Shown here: piece by piece, positions 26,117-39,769 of the stretch
Position numbering within the stretch: position 1 is the first letter of the stretch
How the letters are laid out: each line of letters starts with the position of its first letter
DNA from: Octopus vulgaris
Lineage: Eukaryota
Assembly (NCBI GenBank): GCA_951406725.2
Contig: OX597820.1
Location: forward strand, 105,834,001-105,898,000
Direction: 5' to 3'
DNA length: 64,000 nucleotides
Notes under the pieces: model-generated
What the model was told of the DNA's origin: nothing
Seen by the model: the letters and a program-made list of their open reading frames with translations, nothing else
Databases searched by the model: none
Program-made: the position numbers and the translations under genes

Positions 26117-27395
26117 TAAGATGTACCCTGTGTTAAGAAACTCCATAAGATGTACCCGGTGTAAGCTATGGACACATAAGAGGTGCAGCAATATCAAAGG
26201 AAGGCTAACTGGTAAGATAGTTTTTGTTTGTGGTAAATGCTCAAGGGTAATAAACACTGAAAAAGTGCAGAGAACAGATTCCATAATATGCCAGGGGGAA
26301 GACTAGAAGTAGTTGATAGCTTCCGTTTACTAGGGGACCAAGTCAGTAGTGGGGGTGGATGCTCTGAAAGTGTAGCTGCTAGAATAAGAATAGCCTGAGT
26401 AAAGTTCAGATAGCTCTTACCTTTGCTGGTGACAAAGGGTCTCTTGCTCAGTGTATAAGATAGACTGTATGACACGTGTACGAACAGCCATGCTACATGG
26501 CAGGGAAACGTGGGCTGTGACTGCTGAGGACATGCATAAGCTTGCAAGGAATGAAGCCTGTATGCTCCGCTGGATATGTAATGTCAGTGTGCATACACGA
26601 CAGTGCGTAAGCACCCTAAGAGAAAAGTTGGGTTTAAGAAGCATCAGATGTGGTGAGCAAGAGAGACAACTGCGCTGGTATGGTCATGTGTTGCAAATGG
26701 ATGAGGACAGCTGTGTGAAAAAGTGTCACATCCTAGCAGTTGAGGGAACCTGTAGAAAAGGAAGACCTGGGATGAGGTGGTGAAGCACGACTTTTGAATA
26801 TTCAGCCTCACTAAGACGGTGACAAGTGACTGAGACTTTTGAAGATATGCTGTGCTTGAGAAGACCCGGCAAGCCAGATGAAGCCATAACTCGTGGCCTA
26901 TGCTAGTGCAGCATAACCAGCCCATCTAAGAGTAACCTTTAATCACTGGGCAATAAACTGCACTTGTGAAGACCTGTTGAGTCAAATGAAGTCATTGTCA
27001 TGGCCGATGACAGTAACACCTGATTGGCACCTGTGCCGGTGGCACGTAAAAAGCACCATTCGAGCCTGGTCAACGCCAGTGCTACTTGCCTGGTCCCATG
27101 CCGGTGGCATGTAAAAAGCACTATTCGAGCATGATTGTTGCCAGTGCCACCTGAGTGACTCCCATGCCAGTGGCATGTAAAGTGTACCATTCAAGCGTGG
27201 TTGATGCCAGTACTGTCTGACTAGCCCTCATGATGGTGGCATGTAAAAAGTGGAGTGGTTAGCATTAGAAAGGGCATCCAGTTGTAGAAACTCTGTCAGA
27301 TCAGATTGGAGCCTGGTGCAGCCTTCTGGCTTGCCAGCCCTCAGTCAAATCGTCCAATCCATGGGAAAGCGGATGTTAAACAACAATGATGATGA
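26117..27395 (+). mobile_element. RTE LINE copy 3, truncated within the PHD region, with stops
   Basis: RNSIRCTRCKLWTHKRC..CGKC; WYGHVL; short 3' array; GAT tail. Confidence 0.92.
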
Positions 27396-28656
27396 TGGGT
27401 CATCCCATAAATAATGCAGTTTTTTTAATGCTCCTTTATTTTTCAAAATTAAGATAAACAGTTCTTTTTTAATCTAAAATATACTCTTCTTCATTTTCTA
27501 CAATGCTCTCCCATTTATCTGGCTGATTTGCATGGCCTCTCATTCAAAATTTACTCGTCTGTGACGAAAAAATACTCCTAGTACTGTTCTGATCTCGTCT
27601 ACAGAATTCATATTTTTCCCATCCAAATGATTTTGAAGACTATAGAATAAATGATAATCAAATGGGGGAAATGTCTGGTAAATATGGTGGGTGCAGTATT
27701 GTTTCCTATTCAAACTGCTCCAGCCTTTGGAATGTCATCCTCGCTGTATGTATCCAAGCATTATCCTGATGGAAGAACACCTTTTGTCTTGAAACCAAAG
27801 ATGGTCATTTTCCTTCTAGTGCTGACTTTAGCTGCTCAAGCTGCTTGCAGTAGATTTCCTTTGCTATAATTTGGTTTGGGTTTAAAAGTTCAAAGTGGAC
27901 TAAACCTTTCATATCCCAACAACACCTTATGTGGGTGAAAACCTTCTTTAGCATGGAGTGTCAGTGTTTCTCCTCTCCCTACCCACTGTCTTCGGCACTT
28001 AACATTTTTATTGAGAACCCATTTCTCGTCACCAGTCACTATTCAGTCCAAAAAAAGTTCATTCATGAGACATGACAGCAAAGAAGAGCACACATTCACT
28101 CTCTGCATGCAATTAGACTTGGAAATTTTGTGAGGAATACATCAACCCAATTTGCTGACTTTTCGGATGGCACGCAGGTGTCAATGAATGGTTGAATGAC
28201 AAAATCCAAGCTTCTCTGCTAGTTCCTCAACAGTAACAATGGGATTTTGTTCTACCAGAGTTTGCAGGATGTCCTCGTCAAGCTCTACAGATCTTCCAGG
28301 ATGAGGCTCATCTTCTAGGCTGTAGTTTCCAGCTCGGTATTTCTGGAACCACTGCTGACAGTGGCTTACATTTATTGTCCAATCTCCATTTACTGCATTA
28401 ATATTCTTTGTACTTTCTGTTGTGTTGTTGCCTTTATTGAACTTAAAAAGCAGAATATGCTGAATATGTTCCTTTGTCACATCCATTACGGCTTTGAAAA
28501 AATAACTGTTAAAATCGATTGCACTCTTCAAAACTTGCACTAAGAATAAATTACAACCTGCTTTTATAGGAAGTTGATACAGGTAGTTTATTCTGTCCTC
28601 CCTCCAGCTTTTAGTTCATGCAATTGAAAAAAACGCATTATCTATGAGATGACCCA

Positions 28657-28657
<1 letters not shown>
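27396..28657 (-). mobile_element. Second mariner family, full-span, decayed
   Basis: TIRs TGGGTCATCCCATAAATAATGC / GCATTATCTATGAGATGACCCAA; N-terminal HTH ORF 28181-28540 (SLEDEPHPGR, TVEELAEKLG); ivtGDEKW remnant at ~28020. Confidence 0.9.
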
Positions 28658-28725
<68 letters not shown>

Positions 28726-28732
28726 TATATAT

Positions 28733-28928
28733 AAATGTAATACGTGACAATTATTCAGTAGCCATGATAAAACTCTGAGTTTTGGATGCCGGGGGCGGAA
28801 ATCACACCGCCATCTCTTCAGTTATCTGGGCCGGATAACTGAAGAGATGGCAGCGTGGATTTCCACCCCGGCATCCAAAACTCAGAGTTTTATCATGGCT
28901 ACCGAATAATTGTCACATATTACATTTA
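28733..28928. mobile_element. ~195-bp fold-back palindrome of the hammerhead-like PLE pLTR unit in (TA)n
   Basis: Arms complementary around ~28831; each has GATAA-CTGAAGA-GATG..CATCC-AAAAC-TCAGA-GTT-TTATC. Confidence 0.85.
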
Positions 28929-28996
28929 CAGATAAATTCCTCTATTTACATAATATTGAGGTCTCTTTCATTCTTTTGTTGTCTTACCATTTTTAT

Positions 28997-29043
<47 letters not shown>

Positions 29044-29046
<3 letters not shown>

Positions 29047-30328
29047 GGTTTGGACAAAATAATGGAAACACCTAGCATCATAATTTTGAAATACCTATAA
29101 AACCGCCAAAAGCTTGTTTATTTATTATTTTGTTTTTTGATTTATTATTAGTGTTGCTCAATATGTTTTGCTAAAATTGCTGTTTCTTTCAGATATCATC
29201 AGAAAAAGGTAATTAAAATTCATTAACATGATAGATCTATCGAACTTTCAAAGAGGTCAAATTGTTGGTGCTTGTATGGCAGGCATTAGCGTAATGAAAA
29301 CAGCTGGAATGTTTGGTGTATCAAGAAGTACTGACTCAAAAGTAAAGGCAGCCTTTGAGAAAGAGGGAAAAAACCTCCTTGTTGAAACAAAACTCCGGAA
29401 GAAAACCAAAACTTTCAGATAGGAACCATTGGACTCTTATAGGAATTGTTAGAAAGGATCACAAAAGTACAGCTCCCAAAATTACTGCAGAGCTTAATGA
29501 CCACCTTGAAAACCCAGTTTCCACAAAAACTGTTCCATGGGAGCTGCACAGAGCTGGATTTCATGGGAGAGTTGCAATCAGAAAACCACTACTTTCAAAA
29601 ACAAACATTGCAAAGCATTTAGTGTGGAGTAAAAACCTACAGAATTGGTCCCTAGGGCAGTGGAAGAATGTTATTTTCTCGGACAAGTCATCCTTTACCT
29701 TGTTTCTGACCACCTGCTGAGTATACATGTGGAGACAGCCTAAAGAAGCATTTGACCCAGACTATCTTCTTCCAACTGTTAAACATGGAGGAGGATCTGT
29801 GATGATCTAGTGGGGGCCATATGTTGGAAATCCGCCAGCCCAATGGCAGAATTAATAGTCAAATTCTTCATGGCAGAATTAACAGTCAAAACTATTTAAG
29901 CATTTTATATGATCAAATTAATCCTATTGTTGCGGAACTGATTCCGGAGGGAAATGCAATCTTTCAGGATGATAATGCACCAATTCACACAGCTAAAGTT
30001 GTTACTGAATGGCACGAGGAACATTCTAGTGAAGTTGAACATCTTATCTGGCCACCACAGTCCCCTGATCTCAATATTATTGAACATTTATGGTGCATTT
30101 TAGAAAAACAAGTAAGGAGTCGATATCCTCCACTATCATCACTACAAGAACTGGAGACTGTTTTAGCTGAAGAATGGACAAAAATTCCTTTGGAATCAAT
30201 TCAAACTTTGTGCGAGTCCATACCTTGTAGAATTTAAGCTGTGATTACTGCCAAAGGTGGTCCTACCCCATATTAAAATAAATTTGTTTGAAATTTTAAG
30301 GTGTTTCCATTATTTTGTCTAACTCCTG
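29044..30328 (+). mobile_element. Tc1-like transposon with DD36E spacing, disrupted
   Basis: TIR CAGGGTTTGGACAAAATAATGGAAACACCT / AGGTGTTTCCATTATTTTGTCTAACTCCTG; NVIFSDKS; FQDDNAPIH..WPPQSPDLNIIE with 36 aa between D and E. Confidence 0.92.
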
Positions 30329-30394
30329 CATGTGTGTGTGTATATATATGTATATATATATATATATATACATATTTATATATATGTTATATAC

Positions 30395-30862
30395 CTAGCA
30401 TGTAGCCAGTCCACTTATGCATACCTTTCCTTCTTGGGACACAAAACACTACTTGTGAAGACCTGTTGAGGCAAGTGAAAATCAAAATCAAAATCAAAAT
30501 CAAAATTGATCAACATCAATGGAAATTGTAGCTGTGATACCAGTGCCGGTGGTACATAAGAGAACCATTCGAACGTGGCCGTTGCCAGCGCCGCCCCGAC
30601 TGGCCTCCCAGCTGGTGGCATGTAAAAAGCACCATCCGATCGTGGCCGTTTGCCAGCCTCGTCTGGCACCTGTGCCGGTGGCACGTAAAAAGCACCTACT
30701 ACACTCATGGAATGGTTGGCGTTAGGAAGGGCATCCAGCTGTAGAACCATTGCCAGATCAGACTGGGCCTGGTGCAGCCTTCTGGATTCCCAGATCCCAG
30801 TTGAACCGTCCAACCCATGCTAGCATGGAAAGCGGATGCTAAACGATGATGATGATGATGAT
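30395..30862 (+). mobile_element. RTE copy 4, 3' UTR only
   Basis: Array units, conserved 3' module and (GAT)n. Confidence 0.88.
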
Positions 30863-30989
30863 AAATAAAATGAATGGTTTACACCTGGTATCTTACTGGT
30901 AAAGCATAGTCACTTTTTTGCATCTGTGATTTTATTTTTGATTTTCTATATAAATGAAGATATTTCTTTTGTTTTGCTGCTTTTCCTTC

Positions 30990-32640
30990 TATGAAATGAG
31001 AAAATATGTTGCAGAAAAGGATGATAGACCTATCAGTTGCTCCATCAAATGATGAAATATAAAAGGCCATAAAACAGTTCTTGAATAGAAAGTTGCCTGG
31101 GAATGATGGCAAGCCAGCTGAGATATATACATGTGGTAGCAATCTTCTGCTGAACAAATTATGTGAACTCTTCTCCTTAATCTGAGAATCAGGATCAGTC
31201 CCACAGGAGTTTAAAGGTGCTTCTATTGTCCATCTTTATAAGCACAAAGGCAACAAATATGAATGTGTCATGACAACCATAGAGGTATGTTTGTCATTGT
31301 GAACATGATTTTTAGCCTAAGACAACAGCAGGAAAAGGCTCGTGAGCACACGAGAGACTTTTTTGTCTCCTTTGTAGATCTAACTAAAGCTTTCGACACT
31401 GTATCTAAGAATGCTCTTTGGATTGTCTTTAGAAAGCTAAGTGTTCCTGAAAAGATGCTCAATGTCATCATTTCTTTCCAGCAGGGCATGATGGCTTCAG
31501 TTAGATCTAGCAGGAAAGTGTCTGATTCATTCACAGTGTCAAATGGGACAAAACAAGGCTGTGTTCTTGCATTGCCCTTTTTTGCTTTGTATTTCTCCAC
31601 TATGGAAACAACATTCAAGAGTGTTAAAGAAAGAGTAAAGTTTGCATGCAGAACCAGTGGTGGCTTGTTCAACCGATAGTGCTTCAAAGCAAAAACTAAA
31701 ACTTTGGTGCAAACAGTTTGAAATTTGCTCTTTGCAGATGATTGTGCACTTGTAGCACACACTCTTGAGGACATGCAAAGGATCCTAAACAACTTCTCAC
31801 GTGCATCGGAGGCTTTTGGTCGGACCATCAGCATCAAGAAAACTGAGCTTGTTCATCAGCCCATTCGTGACCTTCCTCCCACTGTTGCCCCTACTGTATA
31901 TGTTGATGGTAAAGCATTAAAAACTGTTTCCCTCTTCACTTATTTTGGTTCCATTATGTCCAATGATGCTAAGATGGATAAAGAAATTGAGTCCAGAACT
32001 GGGAAGGCTAGTTTCACTTTTAGTAAGCTTTATCACAGGTTTTGGAACAACCATGACATTTCACTGAAGGTGAAAGTCAATATATATAAGTCAGTGGTTT
32101 TGGCATCATTGCTTTATGATGCTGAATCTTGGACCCTGTACCAAAAGCACATCAGTCAATTTGATGCTTTTCATATGTGAGTGACCATATTCATAACAGT
32201 GAGGTGCAAACAAAATGCAACATTTTGAAGCCATTGTATTGAAGCCATCCTCATCAAAATACAGCTTTGATGGTCAGGTCATCTCTTATGTAGGAGTGAT
32301 ATCAGAATACCAAAGCAACTTCTCTTTGGCCAATTCCCAACAAGAAGGCCACTCTTGCACTTCAAAGACAAACTAAAAGACAATCTGAAGTGATGCAACT
32401 TCCCTTTTCTTCCTGAGAAAATAAAGCATCAGAATGCCGAACCTGATGCCAGTCCTGCTTCTCCTCACTTCAAAGTTTTGAGCAAAGTTGGCTCCAACAT
32501 TGGAACCATCTTCATGCAAGCATGAAGGCACGCTGGCAAAATGCTGCCCCTCTAAATGGAAACCTTACTTGTCATTGTAGTTTTGTGGTATGAAGCAAAG
32601 CAGGTCTTGCTGTCCACTCAAGAAAACACATAGTAAATGA
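30990..32640 (+). mobile_element. Older RTE-clade LINE of a different lineage; decayed RT and C-terminus
   Basis: IFSLRQQQEKARE, FVDLTKAFDTV, GTKQGCVLA, LFADDCAL, FTYFGS, LLYDAESW. Confidence 0.88.
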
Positions 32641-32939
32641 TCCACAAGCACATGAACAAAATGAGTCCTCGACTTGTTCCCTTTATTGAAAAGTTTGCCT
32701 CAAGAGGCACATTCATGTCCATAGAACATGATCACCACTTTATTTTACTGAACCTTCATTTGTTGTTTACAGCGAGAGAATCCATCACCCTCATCATATA
32801 CACATGTATATATGATATTTTGAATGCATTTACTATGCATATTTCTTGTAGTTTTATAAGATAACCTTTACATAATGCACCAGGTTCAGTCAACATTATA
32901 CATGTATATAAATACACACACACACACAGATATATCGGT

Positions 32940-33092
32940 ATAGGCACAGTTGTGTCATCAAGAAGCTTGCTTCCCAACCATATCATCTTGGGTTCTGGCA
33001 TGCATCTTGGGAAAATGTTGTCTACTATAATCCTGGGCCAACCAAAGCCTTTTGAGTGGATTTAGTAAATGGAAACCGAAAGAAGCTCATTG
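32940..33092 (+). mobile_element. tRNA-derived SINE head fragment (CORE-like family)
   Basis: GAAGCTTGCTTCCCAACCA..CATCTTGGG..GGAAACCGAAAGAAGC. Confidence 0.75.
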
Positions 33093-33129
33093 TATATACT
33101 CGTACACATATATGAATACTGACATACAT

Positions 33130-33590
33130 AAGACAATATACACTTCCCACAGAAAAGATTGCCTGAGATAAATATAAACAACACCTCTGCTGAGGAATAT
33201 AAACATACATATATCATTATAAGGAATATTGGTTGAACATTCCCATCGAAACTTCTACCTTATACAAAACCTAACCAGCCTGACATAGTTATTTGGGACA
33301 GAAAAGTAATGTAATAAAGACTAAGTTATCCTGCAGATGTGAACCCTTCCAAAATCAGTGAGACAGAGATTAACTTTGGACAACTGCATTGAACTCTGAA
33401 AATCCTCTACCCTGATTATAAATTTACATTCAGCCAGTGGCACATCTAGTTAGTAGATGTATAAGTCACAATTTGAAGACAGTATTTTCAAGCAAAGAAA
33501 AACTCTGGCTACCACAAACTTTATAATTACAATTTGTAAGTGGAACAATAAAAATATGCAAGATTTTCTTGAAGTTCAAACTATAACAAT
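33130..33590 (+). mobile_element. Decayed R4-like RLE endonuclease fragment
   Basis: YWLNIPIET..NQPDIVIWDRK..YPADVN..NFGQL..LKILYPDYKF (PD-(D/E)xK region). Confidence 0.6.
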
Positions 33591-33699
33591 TATCACTATG
33601 GTTATCAAAATTCCAATGATGTTTCTTCATTAGAAACTGGCTCCTTTCTTCTAGAAAGAATATTATTAAATAAAAAGACACACATGCACACATACATCT

Positions 33700-34075
33700 A
33701 TAATAATGGTTTCGAATTTTGACACAAGGATACTAGTTTTTGTGGGGAGGGTTAAGTTGAATATATGATCCCAATACCCGACTGGTACTTATTTTATCGA
33801 CCCTGAAAGGATGATAGGCAAAGTTGATCATGGTGGAATTTGAACTCAGAATATAAAGACATGAACTGTCACTAAGCATTTTGCCCAACATGCCAGCTCA
33901 CCACCTTACACATATAGATAATAATAATAATCCTTTCTACTAAAGGCACAAGGTCTGAAACTTGTGGGGAGAGATCTAGTCGATTACATTGACTCCAGTG
34001 TTCAAATTGTACTTAATTTATCAACCTCAAAAGGATGAAAGGCAAAATCAACCTCAGCGGAATTTGAACTCAGAA
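33700..34075 (-). mobile_element. Two tandem tRNA-SINE copies with a Nin/Deu-like domain
   Basis: Reverse complement of GCCTTTCATCCTTT..GGGTCGATAAAATAAGTACCAG. Confidence 0.8.
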
Positions 34076-36480
34076 CAGTTTGAGAAGAAATGCTGAGAGC
34101 AAAGGCAACCCCACAACATCACCTTCACTGACCTCAGTGAAGGCTTTCAACCTAGTTAGTAGTGACAACCTGCTCAAATTCCTTGCCAAGATTGGCTATC
34201 CTCCAAGACTTTTCAAGATGGTCTAATCGTTTCATGCAGATATGAAAGATGTCATTCAGTTTGATGGCACTTCTTCTGAAACCACACTGAAATATACCCT
34301 CTCAGGGCCACACATGCAAAGACCTTCCCAATGATGCTTAGCAGTGAGAATGACCTCTGGTGGGGTGTCTCCCCAATAGGCAAGCCGTCAATGGCTCTGC
34401 TCAGTCCTTTAGCAGTTAACAATGTGTCCAGCTCCTCCATGATGGGTAGATGTTCCGCAGTGTCTAGTGTACTGTCCAAGATGTTGGTGTAGAGATTAGA
34501 GTAATGTTCCACCCACCTCTCCAACTGCTCTCTTTTGCTCTTGATGATCTCCCCTGTTATGGATTTTGAGTGGAGCTTTCTTTCTCTGCATTGGTTGATG
34601 GCTTTCTTGATGCCTTATTGTATTCTGTGAACGTTACCCATGTCAAGCAGCAGCTGGATGCCTTTGCATAGTTGTAACCAGTAGTTATTTGTACAGCATC
34701 TTGCTGTCTTCTGCATGTTGTTCCTTACTGTTCTCAATGCTTGCAGCATTGCCTTGGTGGGTTAGTGTTTGTATTTCAACAGGGCAATGCACTTCTCCTC
34801 CATGGGCACATTGAGCTCCTTTGCACTTGCCTCAAACCAGTCCTGTGTCATTCTCTCCCCCCCATTCCCTCAGTATAGTGCTTTAATGGTGTCTCTGAAA
34901 GAGTCTCACCTCTGCTGAACATTACCTTCCAGTGGGCCTGTAGGGTGGGTGTTCTCCAGTGACTTGAGGAATGCATCTGCCTTGGATGACTACTGGGTTG
35001 CAGTAACATTGATACACTGCTTACCTGGAGGCTTGGTGCAGGGCATCATTTTTGATTGGAGTTTGAAATTGTAGCAAACTAGGGAGTGGTCTGTATCACA
35101 GTTAGCACTCTGAAAGGATTGAGTTTGGAGCTTGTTCCTCAGGTGGTTGTACCTTGTGAGGATCAGATCTAGCTGGTGCCAGTGTCCTAAGTGAGAATGA
35201 TGCTAGGAAACCCTGTGTTGAGCTTTGATCCAGAAGTAGATGTAGGTGACACATAACCCATGAGACATACAGAGCTGAAGCAACCATTTCATTCATGTTG
35301 TCAATCCTGTACCATCCCAGACACGCTGTCCAGGAGTTGTGATTGGTTCCCACTCTGGCATTGAAATTACCAAGTAGCACCAGCTGTTTTCCCTATGGCT
35401 TCCCCTGTATTTTCCTAGAGAGTTGACCATAAAACTTATCCCAGTCGTTTTGTGTGGAATAGAGGGTTGGGGCATAAGCACTGACAAAGTTGGTAGGCCC
35501 ATCTGAAGTGTGCAATTAGAGTGAGAGAATCTTCCCTGGACTGTTGCTGCTAAGTTCCACAAACTTCAGCAGCAAATTCCTCATGGCAAAGCTGACACCA
35601 TGCTCTCTGGCTTCATCTATACCTTTACCCTGCCAGAAAAAAAGGAATATTCTCTTTCATGAAGGGTCTCCAAATCTGGGAGTCATGTTTTCTGGAGTGC
35701 TACAATGTCCACTCAAAGTCATAGCAGTTCATTGTTGACCACTACTGTCTTGCATGCATCGTTGATCTTTTGAACATCCTCTGACAGACCAGTTGTCATG
35801 GTCCATATGTTTCAATACCTAAGTCTAAATGCTTGTTTCTTACATTTAGTTTGTTTATTGTTTTGGATTTCTTTTTTTTGGTAGTGTTTATAGACCACAA
35901 TTCAGTATATTAGTGTCCCCAAGCACCCAGGGGAGCCTCATGCACCCAGTGGAGCAAGCAGGCTGTGATGGGACAGTACCTAACTGGCTGGGGGCTGCCT
36001 AGCTTGAGGTAGGCAGTAGCTGTCCAGTGAAGTACAATGGCCTCTCCCTCTGTTGAAAGCAGCCCCTGACACTTTGCTCCCATGCCAATCATATGTAGGC
36101 TTATAACTGGTGGACTGCTGCTTTCCATATATTGCCATCATAGTGAAATGACGCTGGAGTGTTCACCCCAGGGCACAGGCCTTGGCAGGGTTTATGGCAG
36201 ATCATAAAAGTTGGCCATGCAGCATGTCTCCCCTCTCCACTGCCACCAGTGTTGTCCAGGGGATGGGCTGGAGCCAATAGGACTCGGTACTAGTGGGGGA
36301 CGCAGTAGTTGCTAGAATGAAGTTGAATACAGCATTGAGCTGCCTTAGGGACACTGGCACTGAATTTATCCCCAAAGTTTGCTCTTGTAGCCTTTCCTTT
36401 AAGCGGGTGCAGCCACAGGAGGTGGAGGTTTAAAGTCAGTTTGCCTTCTCTTAGATGGACTGCTCTCCTAGATTGAGAAG
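34076..36480 (-). mobile_element. Third RTE lineage: 5' UTR, APE and linker on minus strand, with an inverted RT piece at 34076-34255
   Basis: Minus strand LLGNFNARVG, HQLDLIL, ERWVEHYSNLY, SLLSIIGKVFA; plus-strand piece resembling TFTDL..AFNLVS..LAKIGYPP. Confidence 0.82.
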
Positions 36481-36696
36481 TTTCATCTATCCGAAGTACT
36501 AGTTTGAAGGCACCAGAACCTGCCTATGCCTCTTCTCATGTCAGTAGGGACAGTCTGCCGGGCTCGTATGTTAAGCTGCATGAGAAGGCATGAATTGGAC
36601 TTAGTTGAAGAATATTTTCTAAGCAATGAGAGCTCATCCTTACTATCACCCTCCCGCCATGGTTTATCAACCACTGCCTAACAAGCTCGGAATCAT

Positions 36697-36779
36697 ATGT
36701 ATGTATGTATGTATGTATGTATGTTTGTATGTATGTGTGTATGTATGTATGTATGTATGTATGTGTGTGTGTGGGTGTG

Positions 36780-36813
<34 letters not shown>

Positions 36814-36825
36814 TGTATGTATGTA

Positions 36826-36858
<33 letters not shown>

Positions 36859-37065
36859 ATGTGTGTGTGTATGTATGTATGTGTGTGTATACGTGTGTGT
36901 GATTGTATGAGTGTTTAAATTTCCCACAAAATCAATCGCATGATTGTGTGAGAATTTTCCTGTCGTGTATGTAGTTTATTCATGTAAAAATAGAAAGCAA
37001 AACCCAATATTTGCTTCCTCTTATTACTGACCTCTTTCCACGTGTTAAACTGTAACAATAAACAA

Positions 37066-37132
<67 letters not shown>
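36697..37132. repeat. (TATG)n/(TG)n and (CA)n microsatellites
   Basis: Seen directly. Confidence 0.9.
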
Positions 37133-37137
<5 letters not shown>

Positions 37138-37425
37138 AATAATAAAGGGATCAGACAGTTTCAAATTTTAATTAATTCTCAATCCCAGCCACTGTCTTAC
37201 TCTCATGTCAAGTTAACTCTCTTCCCCAAGTCGGCCTCTATTGCAAAACTGTAACAACGAAATGCATCTGGTTTATAAAGTCCTTTAATCAGCAACCTGT
37301 ACAAAGGAGGGCTAGAAAACACACAGACATGTACACATAATTACATAAATAATACAGACAGACATAAACACGCACATACATTCCTTTCCTCTTTCTTTCT
37401 CTTTCAGTTTTCCTTTTTCTTTTAA

Positions 37426-37433
37426 TGACGTCA
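37426..37433. promoter_or_regulatory. Perfect CRE palindrome in CpG-retaining unique sequence
   Basis: TGACGTCA; motif match only. Confidence 0.25.
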
Positions 37434-37902
37434 CCCACCAACCAGTATGAACACACACAACACTAGTTGAGGGTGGTATATGCGTGTTTGTTTTCCACCG
37501 AACTTGGTTTATAAACCCAGTAATACACACATACACACATTTATATACACCTTCTGTTATAGGCAGATTTAGAAACTTTTCTGTAAAAACAAGCTCGCCG
37601 ATCACCAGCCAACCAACCATTCTTAAGAGAAAGAAAGAAAGAAGAAATCAAAACAAAAGAAAGCGATATTACAACACAACAAACAAACAAATAAACTAAA
37701 CAAAAGTTGTTGCTTTTGCTTCTTGGCTGCTGGTTTTCAAAGGAAAAGCATAGCAGATCGCCTCCTTCACGGACACATCAAGCTTTCGTCGTCATTCAGT
37801 TTTTTCTAAAAGTTTCACTATAATTTTACTTTCGAATTTCTTTTTCCTTCCTTTCCTTTTGTTTGGGGGAAAAACAAATATAATCTTTTAGTTTTAAGCT
37901 GT

Positions 37903-37944
<42 letters not shown>

Positions 37945-38444
37945 AATTCAAACTATTTTCGCGATCTCTTTTATTGTTATTGAGTTTATTGTTGGCTGTC
38001 CTTTTAAATCGGAATGGATAACACAGTCTACGCACAAGGTGGAGCCCTTAATATCAACCTAAAAAGGGCAGATGGAGGTATATCCTGGGGTTTCCGACTC
38101 CAGGGCGGAATTGATTTCAGTACAGCGCTCTCCATCCAATCTGTGAGTTCGTAATACTTTTTCTTTTAAAAATATTATTATTACTAAAATTATCTTTTCG
38201 TCTACCTTCTATATTTTAATTCTTTTTAAATCCATTTGTTCTAACTTTCTGTTTCCATTTAGTTGTCATTCTTACGTACATTCACATACCTAACTTCATT
38301 CAAACATAAATGAATAATGTGATAAACTTGCACGCACATATACAACAATGCACATACATATGTTTGCATATACTAACATATGTACGTATGTTGCATATAT
38401 ACACCTATGTATGTATATGCATATATGTGTGTGTGCACGCGTGT

Positions 38445-38508
<64 letters not shown>

Positions 38509-38627
38509 GCGGTTATATAAAGATTTATTTACCAAACTTATTTGGAATTAAAACCGGATCGTGGACTTGTCTCACAACAATATTCATCACGCACGCACAT
38601 ACATACATACATACATACATACATACA

Positions 38628-38661
<34 letters not shown>

Positions 38662-39769
38662 CATACATACATACATACATCTATGGGAAGGGTGACCGTA
38701 GTAAGGCCCTAGCCAGATGTAAATGTAGGCCCCATTTGTATTTGTTCATTTGTGCTTTATTAATAATCAATGTTGAATATACGCGAGTTATGTATTAGTG
38801 AAGGGTATGTATACGTGGAGTGTGTATGGTGTACTTAAGTAACAGAACAGGTTAAAAGTGCAAGAACAATTTTTTAAAAGATAATTCTTTAACAAGAGGT
38901 GTAAATCTCATTTCTCAAACTCCCAAGTCCACACAGACTGACCCACTTGACCACTCTCTGCTCTTTACTCTGTGTATGTGTGTTAGTATTATTGGAGATT
39001 GTGCAGACGGCCGATCGTGTCTTCGTCTTCTTGTACAATTTATCTTGTATACTTCATAAATATCGACCTCGTACTTAGTACCCCGATGGATGAAAGGCGG
39101 GTTATTATTACCCCCACCACCTCATGTCGACGAAGTAAGGACAACTACACACCATCTGGTTGACATGTAGTTTGTGTCAAATCCAGTTTAAATAAATACT
39201 GGAAAGTGTAGGGACAAATCACAGATTTTAACAGAAACAGTACTATAATAGTAAATTTTAGCGTACCGTTGTTTATTTAATTCTTTTTAGGATAAATATG
39301 CAAAGGATGAACTGTATAACGCCTCTGACTATTTTCTGTGCTTCCGCGACTACTTAGTGAAAGGTTGCCCCAGAAGAGAGACCTAACCCTAACACTCCAA
39401 GTGGAGTCTATTTTGCTAAAGACATCCAAGATCTAAATGTTGGCGCTACTCTGACGGGCTTCCACACAGTTGACTTGCAGGGCTCAGTTTACTCAACTCA
39501 TTTCGAACCGTTGAAGAAAAACTATTTTAAACCTTTTTCGATCCACAAGATACTGGATTTCTAATTTAGGTATAAGGCTAGCAGAATTTTAGAGGAGGGT
39601 GTAGTCGAAGGATGAAAACAATCTTCATCTTGACTTCGAACGTAAAGAGCCATAAGCATATATCTCAGGCCATTGTGTCAGTCTCAAACGTATTTATAAC
39701 TATTGAAATTCTTTTAAAACTTAAATGGACACACGTATCGCAGCGAGTGCGGTTTGGTAACATGATAAT

